Source: Macrostomum lignano (Eukaryota). From it: a stretch of 64,000 bases of DNA. The stretch covers positions 247,449-311,448 of the forward strand of contig NIVC01000509.1 in NCBI GenBank assembly GCA_002269645.1, written 5' to 3'. Position 1 is the first letter of the stretch. Every line of letters begins with the position of its first letter. The translations under genes were made by a program, and so were the position numbers. Positions 12,401 to 24,400 of this stretch are shown one piece after another. Below the pieces are notes generated by a model, which had not been told where the DNA came from, ran no database searches, and saw nothing but the letters and a program-made list of their open reading frames with translations.

Positions 12401-15400
12401 CCAAGTAAGCACGGATTTTTGACAACAGCGCAGAAGAGCACAGAAGACTGGAAAAACAGCTTGGAGTTGCTGCGGTTATGTGTTGAGAGAGGAGGATGTT
12501 TTTCTACCCAGATGCGACTTCTAGGACTCAGGCAAGACCGTGCTGCTCAGTTGCTTCAGGGTCTGCTCCCTCCGCTGGATTACGCTTCGGAAAATAATGG
12601 GAAAGCAACGAGAAGGTACGATAGGGCTTTTTACTGTTTTACTTTTGTTTACTTTACTATTTTTAAAAAAAATATGCTATTGAACGCTTTTTTGTAGTCC
12701 ATGCGCACATTAATTAACTTAATGTTTATTATAATTAGGTTTTTTATACGTTCAACATACTGACTAAATCTTTTTTATCTATTTTAGACACGATCGAGCA
12801 TTAAAGAATCTTTTCAACTACGTCATGACGACTGAAAGTTTCTTCTTTGAGTTGTTGTTCGCCATACCGGCCTACCACTTGCTGGTACTTAAAGTTGACC
12901 CCGCCGATTCCGATCTCCGTCGCTATAAATTTGAAGAAAGTCGATTCCCTCAATTCTGTGGCTTCGAAGAAAACCGACAAGTGGGATTCTTTAAAAAAAA
13001 CAGGTAAGGGAAAGTAACCTCTACAATACAAGACTTACATTTGTCTCTAATTGATTAAAGAAATATTATCTGATTTACTAAGGCTATAAATCGTTACTTC
13101 CATCTAGAGCTTTAGAACAATGTTAGACATTCTTGCCATTGTTAAAATTAATAATCATTTGCTATTGCGGTGTTTCAGATACGACTACGGCCGTGTGGAA
13201 CACTTTTTGGCCGAGTATTCAAAAGTTGACCCGCTTCTGTGCAGATTTTTCGCCGCAATTGCACATTTCGACTATATTAACGACTTTCTTACGTTGAGAA
13301 ACGTTCCAGCATTGGTTAAGCTTGCCACTCTGCAGTCATTGACAAGCGATTCAAAAAAACTTAAAGCCGTCAGTGAAGCTGCTCCAGTGAGTTCTTATCT
13401 GATTTGCTGACGTTTTTTTCTCGGTAAAATTTTTACCTATAGGAGCGAAACTCAGAATATCCCAGCTGGATATATTTTACCACCATGATATTGTTTTAGA
13501 GCGTCATCGGCTCCCTGCAAGAAAGTCCGAGCGGACTAACAGACTTTGAGCTCAAGCAGTGTCTGCTGATAACAAGGAGCATGAGGAACCGAGTGCTTTC
13601 AGTGGACAACGTGGAACTTTACCTTCAACTAGTTGATTGTATGCTCTCCTGCGAACTAGAGAACTTGCGCAGAGGCGATAAAAAGAAAAAAGAAGATATT
13701 AAAGAACTCAACGAGAGCCTAGAAAAATTAGAAGAATCTTTTAGAGCGCGTAAGTCCTCACCCCAGCCATTCGGCTATGAGACGCTTGAGAGTCTTATTA
13801 GAGTAAGTAATTGTGCCATTCAATTTTTTTAATACTAGAAAGTGTAAAAAAATGAAAATTAATGATTTATTAAATTAAAAATCGAAATTTCAGAACTTCA
13901 ACAACTCTTTCCGTCAAATCAATCAATCTGACTGCACAGAAAATTTGTCAAAATGCTTACAGAAGTATTTCACAAGATTACTTCAGTATTTTGAAAAGGT
14001 GATTGAGAGTTGAAATAAAATTTAACTACGAAGAGAGATAACAACAAGCAATTCCCCCAAACTTTAGGAAACGCTCTTGAATTTTTTTAATACGAGCTCA
14101 ACATTTGGAATAATGCAGCCTTGTGCAACCATCTGCCTTCTCAATTCCTTGCTGGAAACACCGAAAAAGCATCTCGAAAACTCCGGATCACTGGTAAGAA
14201 ATCCACACAGTCATTCTATTTTTGAGGCCGGCTACAGTTTCTTGGTACCGAAACTTGGTCCGCCTCTCGTTATAGTGACGCTTTTACTCACTCGTTGATA
14301 ATTAATGATGTTAGACGGTCAGATTTTTGCGACCTTTGAGACCCTTCCAGATTCTGCACGAACCTTTAATTATATAAATACTTCGCCTGTCCGGAAAGTC
14401 GTGAGAATGTGTCAGTCAAGCAAGAAAGCAGCAAGCTGATGACATGGCACACATAAAATTTCAATAATAGACTTATATATATGTCTATGGTGAAAAATTT
14501 TGTTATTCTAGCAGCAAAATTGGGGGCAGGGGCGAGCTCAGCATAAAGTGCTCAATAACCAATGCAACGCGGTGATCAAGCTTGAAAAATTTAATAGCGA
14601 GTTCGTCAAAATGGAAGATTTCCAGGCTTATGCCTACGCTAGATACCGTCTTGGAATCTCTGCTATTAGTTGTTATGACGAACTACTTAAAGTTTATGGA
14701 GATGCCGCACCAGGTCAGTCAACGGTTTACAGATGGTACTCAAAGTTCCGTGATGAAGCATTTCCCCTGGCCTCAGCTCCTCGGACTGGCCGGCCACGGT
14801 CAACAAGGACAACGGAACTGATCGAAACCTGCCGAGCTCTCGTTGAAGAGGATTCAAAAGTTAGTGTCCGAGACCTCGCCGACTTTTTGGAAGTTGGTAA
14901 AACAACAGTGCACGAAATTTTGACCGAGGATTTGCACCTTCGAAACGTTTCTGCCGTCTGGGTTCCTCATGCTCTATCCGAGGAGAACAAGACTGCTCGC
15001 ATCAATTGTGCCAAGCAAATCCGCAGGCTTTTTTACAACGAGGGGTGGAAAACTTTTGCGACAAGTACGTGGTGGAAGATGAGACGTGGGTGTACCTGAA
15101 CAACACTGGCACAAAGCAAAACAACAGGTGCTGGCTTGGCCAATGGGATCATCGGCCCCAGGTTGTCAGGCACTCGGTCGGGAATGCAAAGACAATGCTT
15201 CTGGTTGCTTTCACTCCAAGCAAGCGCTTCTCCATTAAATCCACAGCCCCAAAGCAAACTGTTGATGCAGATGGCATAGTTGAATTCATTCGGCACACGG
15301 GAGACCTATATGGCGTACTCTGAGGTCAAAGCCAATTCACCTGTCGGATGTTCTTTGGCAGTGGGACAATGCGCGACCTCACGTAGCTCGTTCTGTGCAG

Positions 15401-18400
15401 CAGTACATGAAGTCCCGTGGAGTTCAGCTGGTATTTCAGAGTCCTTACAGCCCAGACTTCAATCTGTGCGACCGTTTTTTGTTCAGTTGGATGAAGAATG
15501 ATTTCTCCAGGCGAGTATTCAGCGACCACAATGAAGTTCGAGAAGCTGCGTTGCAGTGGGCAAGAAGCCTTGACGAAGATTGTTTAAAAAGAGAGGTTCA
15601 GCGACTCGTTGACCATTGCCAAGCTGTAATCAATGCAAGGGGAGATTACATTACCAACTAGTGCTGTTATCGTGTTTTTTGAAAGTTCTGACTGATTTTT
15701 TAAATACATTCTCGCGACTTTCCGGACAGCCGAAGTAAGTGTTATTAGATTCTAGAGAACTTTAACTTCACCGGGAATCCCCGTCGGAGTCAGCTTGGTC
15801 CGGAGCCGAGCTTTTTTCTGCTTCTGCATGTAGCTGTGGACTGAATTTGTATCACCTGTAAACAAGCAGAACCAGAATCTAAACTCATGCCCTCATAATC
15901 CGCTTCCATTCTTCTAGAGGCTTAAGTTGACATGTGATTTGACGCCGGAAATTTATTTTTCAGCTATTTTTACTCCTGCCTTATCCACAGCCTTTTTATT
16001 GCTTATTTGCTGTTTCTTTCAGAAAACAGCATTCGAGAAGCTATTTGAGCAATCTAAAAGAACTCCACAAATATACTCCGTTTTGTCCGGCGTCGTCTGC
16101 GACACGGCTAAGAGCTTTCGATCCAGTAACTCAAATGATAATGATCGAATAGATTTTTTGCCTGAGCTAAAATTTCTCATTGAGTGGCCAATCGCAGCGT
16201 GTCTACTTGATTTCTTAGGTGAGTTTTACGAACTTTTGTTTGTTTAAATGATTTTCCGTTTGCATACTCAAGTTAAGACAGACTAGCGCTATGAAAAAAA
16301 ATCTTTGCTTGAATGAGGATACAAAACCCACAGCACCAGTTTATTTATTTATTAGTTTGTTTACTGTACAATACACTTGTTTATTGTTTATAAAACAATG
16401 CCATGAGACGATAAAACGAAAAATTAAAGTTTTTGTTGACTCCTAAAGTTCTCAAACCGACTATTTTGAGGTAATGCGTTTTTATGAGCATACTTTCATT
16501 TAAATAATTAATGATGAGCAATACTGATATAATAAGCTATTCAATAAATAAAATAAAACAGTCTTGAGTTCTTGATCTCGACTAAATTAAATAATAAAAG
16601 ATTGTGGCGGCCCAATCAGCATGCAGCCAGCGATTGCGAGTACACCTGCACTGAAACCTGCCCGCCAGGCTGAGGGGTGGGTGTATTCGGGCAGACAGTT
16701 ATTTGCTAAGCCAAGGGGGGGGGGGGTTGGCCTTCAATCGTGCCACGTTTTTGCGCACCTCCCCATTTGATCGCGTGCTTATTTACTATCCGACGCATAA
16801 AGAAAATAAACGTTTACTTTTGTCGCTTGCAACTCACTTCGTTTTCGCAAGCCGCTAAATTGGTGAACCCGATGCAGCCATTTCGTACAATGGCTTCCAA
16901 CACACAGGAAGCTGTCTCTCAAACTGCCCACGTTTTGGGCAGCTCAACCCCGCGCGTGGTTCATTCAAGCCGAAGCCCAGTTTTGAGAGCCGCGCTTTCA
17001 CCGCCTTCACGGATCACAAGCCGTTGGTCGCGGGCATGTCCAAGATAACGGATCTGTGGTCGGCACGACAGCAGCGGCATCTGGCGTACGTGTCTGAGTT
17101 CACTACGGGCGTCCAGCACGTGGCGGGCAAGGACAACCCAGTGGCGGACGCGCTGTCCCGCTGCACGATCGCCTCGGTGCAGCCCTGACTGCTCCCCGGT
17201 GTGGACTTCGCGGCCATGGCGCAGGCGCAGACAGCAGACCCGACTGCCCGAGAGGACGCTAGCCTTCAGCTCGAGCCGCTGCAGCTCAGCCCTGGCGTCG
17301 CCCTGCTGTGCGACATCTCGACCGGCCGGCCGCGTCCGCTGGTGTCGCTGGATTTCCACCATGCTGTCTTTGACGCCATCCACGGCCTCGCCCACCCGCC
17401 AGTCCGCAGCACGCGGCGCCTCGTGGCCGCCAAATTCGTGTGGGCTGGCATGAACCGGGACGTCAGCCGGTGGGCGCTCGATTGCGTAGCCTGCCAGACG
17501 GCCAAGGTGCATCGGCACGTCACCGCTCCGGTGGAGAGCATTTGAGTCCCAGACCAGCGCTTCGCCCACATGCATGTCGACTTAGTGGAGCCGCTGCCGT
17601 CGTCGCAAGGATTTACGCATCTGCTGACAATCGTTGACCGATTCACCAGGTGGCTGGAGGCGATCCCGATGACTTCCGCCGCGGCCTGTGCCTCCGCCTT
17701 CATTGCCCACTGTTGGCACTGTATTGCCCGATTTGGCGTCTCGGGTGACCTCACCTCGGACCGCGGCTCGCAGTTCACGTCGCAGATCTGGTCCAATCGT
17801 CCAACCTCTCCCGGCTGCTTGGCATGCAGCTGCACCGGACTACGGCCTTCCATCCGCAGGCGAACGGACTGGTCGAGCGGTTCCATCGGCAGCTGCAGCC
17901 ACCCTCAGGGTTCCGGCCGACACCCACGGCGCATCACGGTTGCCGCCCGGCCGCCTGGCCCGCCGCACTCAATGTCCGGCGCGACAGTCACCGAGACCCG
18001 CTGCAGAAGCCCGTTCAAGGTCCTCAAGCAAGACGCCAAGATCTTCCTGCTTGACCTGAGGATGCACCACGACCGCGTTGTCAACAGGCTGAAGCCGGCC
18101 ATCATCGACTCGCGAGAGCCAGCCCCGCTGCCATTTGTACGACCGAGAAGCTACCCGCTTAAGCGGTCTGCACCACCCTCGGCCGCCGCCGAGAGCCAGC
18201 AACGCACTGCCGCCCTCTTCAGCCCGCATACAGCCAACATACAGCCAGCGATTGCGAGTGCACCTGCACTGAAACCTGCCCACCAGGCTGAGGGGTGGGT
18301 GTACTCGGGCAGACAGTCAATATGTTATGCTGGGGGTTGGCCTCAATCGTGCCACCTTTTTGCGCACCTCCCCATGTGACCGTGCGCTTATTTATATCCG

Positions 18401-21400
18401 ACACATAAAGCAAATAAACTTACTTTTCTCGCTTGCAACTTATTTCGTTTTCGCAAGCCGCTAAAAGATGCAGTTATAAAACTCATACAGACTCATAAAT
18501 ATAATTCATATATTTTAGAAAACGTTTATCAAACGGATTAAATGCACTGTTAGGACTGTTTTAGCGCTGAAAAGATTGGTCGCTATGCTAGCAGGCTCAT
18601 GTCAGCTGTTCCACTTGCTCTAAGGGCTGGTGTGGTTTACCAATTTCGCTGCTCTGAGGATCAGAGCGTTTCCTATATTGGAAAAACGAAGCGACACCTG
18701 TACACTAGAGCTAGGGAACACTGGCTAAAAAGCTCTGAGATTAATGACCATCTGCTTGTTTGTAAAAAATGTGACAGTGAACCGATTCAGCTCTTTAAAG
18801 TGCTGGATGGGTGCAAATTTGACCATAAGCTTAAGATTATTGAAGCATCAGAATGCACAAACCCAACTTGAATGTGCAGCTTGCTGGCAATGGGGTGGAG
18901 CGTGGGCTAAGCGGTGAGCGGTGAGCGTGCCGTTTTTCTCTCTCTCCCTTCGTTTCGTACACTGGCACTTTTGAAATTCTACCGGACTGTTTTGACCCAC
19001 CTTTGGCGAGCTTAGAAAATCAAACTGAGAAACTATTAAGAAATACGGAGCAAATTTTTTTGCTCTGTCACAAGTAATGCTCCACTGGAGAAAAGTGCAG
19101 TCCAGTACATGAAGTCCACGCTGTAAGCAAACTCCTTACAGTCACAAAGGTTGGTTCAGAGCGCGAAAAATTATCCCCAAATGGCCTTTAGCCTTTACTT
19201 TTTTGTTTTAAAGAGCTGTGCCATCTTTCGCACGATGTTCTATGTTTACGTTTATCATATAAACATAAAATTTAGTATCTGCAAAACTCGAGTACATACC
19301 GGCATTAATGTGATACGGTATTTTATTTATATCTACTTTTATGTAATGACAGTTGTCACACTATAAGTGTAATATTGTAATATTAGTATAATTTAGTATA
19401 ATTCAATATAACGGTGCTATTAGTGCCGTTTCCTGTGACTTAAGTGTCTCTTTATACCCTTGATGCAAAGAGGATGTAAATGAAACCAGTATACTATTTC
19501 CAACCCACCCGAGCATAAGAAAGTTTTATTAAATTCTTTCAAATTATTTAGAGCGTGAGGAGTTCAATCAGAAAATGTCTGACGATGCCAAGGCTGTCCT
19601 AGATTCTTGCCAGTCTGCAGCCAGTGAGATTTCAAGGCAGCTATCGGAATTAACGTCCATACGCTTCGGTGCAGTTGACTATCTTCTCAATTCACGAACT
19701 CAGTTCGAAACTCTGTTTAAGCAACTAAAGATCAGAACTGATGTACCAACCCAGCTCAATAATCTGAATGGGCTTAAACAAGAAGCAGATAAGAGGATTG
19801 CTTTACTAAACGGCTTTGTTGAGTTTGTTCAGACATCAACAGATACAGCTTTCGGTGAGTTCAGAATTTGATAACATGTGATTTATTACCGAAAAATGCA
19901 GTCAAAGTAGACTTCGGCAAAAGCAACAACCACTTTAGCATAAATATAATACTTTTTACACATTCGAAATTTTTTGTAAGCAGTTTTTGCCTGGAGCGTT
20001 TACAATTTTCGATTTGTCAGCCTCGGACATGGAGGAAAAAATAAAATGGAGTGCTAATCTGAGCCAGTTATTTTTGTCTTGCTCGATCTTTATTTTTAGC
20101 ATCCCTTTTCTCCCATTCCTTCCTATTTGGCTCGTGACTGCGATATTACTTTCAGGGGGTGTTACGTTCAGAGGGTGTCACTTTCAGGGAGTGTTACTTT
20201 CAGAGGGTGTTTCAGGGTCTTTCAGGGTGTTACTTTCAGATGGTGTTACTTTCAGAGGGTGTTACTTTCAGGGTGTTACTTTTAGAGGGTGTTACTTTCA
20301 GAGGGTGTTACTTCCAGGGGGTGTTTCTTTCAGAGGGGACGTAAACGACTTTGTCTGTGGCGTATAGATATATAGAAATGGTTTAAATGGACGCTGATTT
20401 GTACTGGAAATAAATTAAAATTTATGTTATACCTTTCTGCGTCCTTTTTAGTTTTTTCATTCGAATTGGCGCGTGACCGTCAGTAGTATAACGTGGCAGC
20501 GTGGTAGGGATTTTACAAGCCATAGAAAACAGAAATCAATTTGGTTTTAACTGCGAGCAGTTTGGACCTTAGCTGGAACTGGAAGGCATGGCTAAAGTGA
20601 AGAATGGTGCAGTGAGGACTATATTCACACCTACGCTAAAGTCAATCTGGTGGACAGAGAGGATTGGACTGGGTGCGAAAAAAGTATCTGAAAAAACACA
20701 AACACTGTCTTTAAATATGGAAAACTGTTTTTGAGTTTATGAATTTGCAGGCTTTTTCGTCGCGGTTATTTATTTATATGGATACATGCACAGTGTGCTA
20801 TAAGTTAAAGCGAATTGATGTCAAGTGGCTCCAGTTCTCGTGTAAAACTGGAGTATAGTTTCTATCAATATTAATCCTATAGTTTTTCAAATTATTGCCG
20901 CATCCCAGTTGCTTCTCATGTAAAGTAATCGATAATTCACGGATGGTACACAACTATGATGTTGTGATGGTACACAACTATGGACACCTGCTGCTTCAAA
21001 ATGCCCCAAAAGTGCACGATTGGACGAAGGTGAGGCACGCAGGGAGGATTCTGCTCCTTCGAGACAAAGTTGATGTCCAGCTGCTGGAACACCTCGATCA
21101 CGTCCTTGGCGTAATGGCAGGAGGCCAGATCTGGTCAGAACAGGTAATTGCCATCGCTGTGCTGCTCACTGAGAAATGGCACTAGTCGCTTGCGAATGCA
21201 CTCGTTTGCGTACAGCTCCTTGTTCATCGTCTTGGAGTGACACGTGTACGCTCGCGAAGCCCCGTGCCTGCTGATGGCCAGCCACACCAGGATCTTGTCG
21301 CCGAACTTCTTCTGAAGTGAAGCGCGCTTCTCAACAGGAGAGTCGCCGCGTGCAGTGGCATAGTAGAAGCTGTTGCCAGGAATCGTTTGGCTGGACATGT

Positions 21401-24400
21401 GGAAGTACGGCTCATCATCGACGACGAGATCCAAGTCGCCTCCACAACCGTCCAAGATGGTTCGGTACAGTCTGCCAACACGCACCTGTTGTCTCTCTCG
21501 CCTCGCTGCTGATCAGTAACGGCTGGTACTTTCTCCTTCTTAAAAGCTTTCAGGCCATTTTCCTGAAGGATTTCCCCACATAAGCTTGGCTGATGTCGAG
21601 CTTGCGCGCGATCTCCCGCTGCGACAGTCCTCGTTGCGCGTCCTTCATGGTGTTCTTCACTTCTGGGTTCGTGACCTTGAGCTCCGTACTGTGGCAGCCT
21701 GAACCAGCACTGCGTAAAACAGATTCTTCGCCGCCTTCTTCATAACGATTCAGAATGCCGTAGACTGGAGCGTACCAGCCCACCTCAGCGAAGTACTTAG
21801 CAATGGCATGGTTGCTCTGTCCAGGGTGCTCAGTTTCGTACTGTACGACCAGGCGTCTGCGCTGCTCTTCGTTAAGTGACTGCATGGCTCGTTAGTTTTG
21901 AGCTGCTAGTTTTGCTGTTGCAGAACTGATTGCTAGTGAGTGTGAGAGCATCTGAGTAAGTTTCTGGCTTCATAGCATGGAGAAAAGAATAGAATGGAGT
22001 GCTAATCTGAGCGAGTTATTTTTGTCTCGCTCGATCTTAACTTTTAGCATCCCTTTCCCCCCGTTCTTTCCTATTGGCTTGTGACTGCCATAGACAAAAT
22101 CATTTTCGTCTCGTTTTCGTTTTCGTTCCCCTCTGAAAGATATGTCTCACCAAAGTACGAGCTCGCATCAAAATATGCTTTCAGCCAATAGGGAGGAACG
22201 GCGGGGGAAAAGGGATGTTAAAAGCGAAAATCGAGCGAGATAAAAATAACTGGCTCAGATTAGCACTCCATGCATTCTATTCTTTCATCCATGCTTCATA
22301 GCAGCTAGCAGCCGCTGTCTATGGCCGCTGTCTATGGTCTATGGCCTAGTTAATGGCCTACTCGGGAAGTCCAGATTTTAAGTGTTCGTTGCAAGGAGTT
22401 CTATACTTAGCAACCTGGAGTAGAAGCGAGTTGCCTCATGAGGCCAGACTAGCCTCATGAGGCCATCGACATCGACGGCACGCCAGTCTGCATGGAGGTC
22501 GATACTGGGGCGTCTGTGTCACTCATCTCTGCGAAGACCTATAACGAAGTACTGCGAGGGCGTTCCAGACTCGAGCGAGTCAACACGCAGCTGCGGAGTA
22601 CTCCGGAGAGCTGGTACCCGTCCTCAGCCAACTTCGAGTTCGCGCGCAGACCGAGGTCGCCAGCAAGGTGCTGCCGCTGCTCGTGATCGACGGTGCCGGC
22701 TCGAATCTGGTTGGCCGCGACTGGCTGGCCGAACTTCCACTGGACTGGCGAGAAATCAAGCAGGTGCAACAGCATCCGTCAGGGCAACCAGGACTCAAGA
22801 GCCTGCTGGACAAGTACGCCGAAGTCTTCGAACCTGGCCTCGGTTGGTACACGGGGCCCGCGGTTCGGCTGCAGCTGAAAGCCTCAGCGCGGCCGAGGTT
22901 CTTCAAGGCCAGAAACGTCCCGCTTGCGCTTAAGGAGAAGGTCGAGGCGCAACTCGAAAAAGAGATCGAACAGGGAGTGCTGAAGCCGGTGAGCAGCTCG
23001 GTCTACGCGTCTCCGATCGTACCCGTTTTAAAGACAGGTGGCTCGGTCCGCATATGTGCCGATTTTAAACAAACGGTGAACCTCGACGTCGAGCCTGACA
23101 CGTACCCGGTGCCGAGGATCGAGGAGCTCTTCGCGAAACTGGCCGGCGGAAAGAAATTCACCAAGCTTGACTTGTCGCAAGCGTACTCGCAGCTGCCTCT
23201 GGACGAGGCCTCGCAAAAACTCTGCACCAGCAACACCAGCAAGGGGCTGCTGCGGTACACGAGACTGCCGTTCGGAGTCGCTCCCGCTGTCGGCATTTTC
23301 CAGCGCCAGATGGACTGCCTCCTGCAGAGCATTCTCCACGTCACCCTCACCTGCTTCGTTGACGACCTGCTGGTTACCGGTGTGGATGATGACAGCCACC
23401 TGAAGACGCTAGAGCAGGTCCTTCGGCGACTGCAGCAGAGCGGCCTCCGGTGCGGCCTGAGCAAGTGCAGTTTTATGCAGCAGAGCATCAGCTACCTCGG
23501 GCACCGAATCGACGCCGAAGGGCTGCACCCTCTCCAGGACAAGGTGCGGGCGATCCAGGACGCACCACCGCCCCGCGACCAGACGCAGCTGCGCAGCTTC
23601 CTCGGGCTGGTAAATTATTACGGCAAGTTCATGCCCAATCTGTCAACTGAACTGGCGCCGCTGAACCAGCTGCTGAACAAGGGCGCCCCCTGGCGATGGG
23701 ACGATGTGCAGGACGAAGCGTTTCGCAGGTGCAAGTCGCTACTCAGCCAGGCACTGGTGCTCGCGCACTTCGACCGTCAGAAGCCGTTGGTGCTCGAGTG
23801 CGACGCCTTGCCTTAAGGCATCGGCGCAGTCATTAGCCACCGGATCGACTGAGTCGACAGACCGATCGCCTTCGCCTCTCGCACGCTACATGAAGCAGAG
23901 TCCCGATACTCACAGCTCGAGAAGGAGGCGCTCGCGGTCATCTACGGAGTTAAGAAATTCCACATGTACCTGTACGGTCGAGACTTCACGCTGGTGAGCG
24001 ACCACAAGCCGCTGCTCGGGCTGCTGCACCAGTCCAAGCCAATACCAGCACTGGCTTCTGGCAGAATCCAGCGGTGGGCGCTGCTCCTGGCCGGCTACCA
24101 GTACTCCATGGTCCACCGAGCGGTTAAGTCGCTGCTCCGAGCCTATGCGCTGAGTCGGCTGCCGTTGCCGGAGAAGCCGCAGGAAGCGCCAACTCCAGCT
24201 GAAGTCGTCCTACTCATGGACTTCCTGGACGAGGGACCGGTGACGGCTCGGCACATCCGGACGTGGACTCGGACAGACCCGGACTTGTCCCGAGTTCTGG
24301 GCTTCACCGAGACCGGCTGCTGGCCGGAGCGGCCGCCGCCTGAGCTGCAGCCGTACTGCACGCGAGCCGACCAGCTGAGCACCCAAGACGGCTGTCTGCT

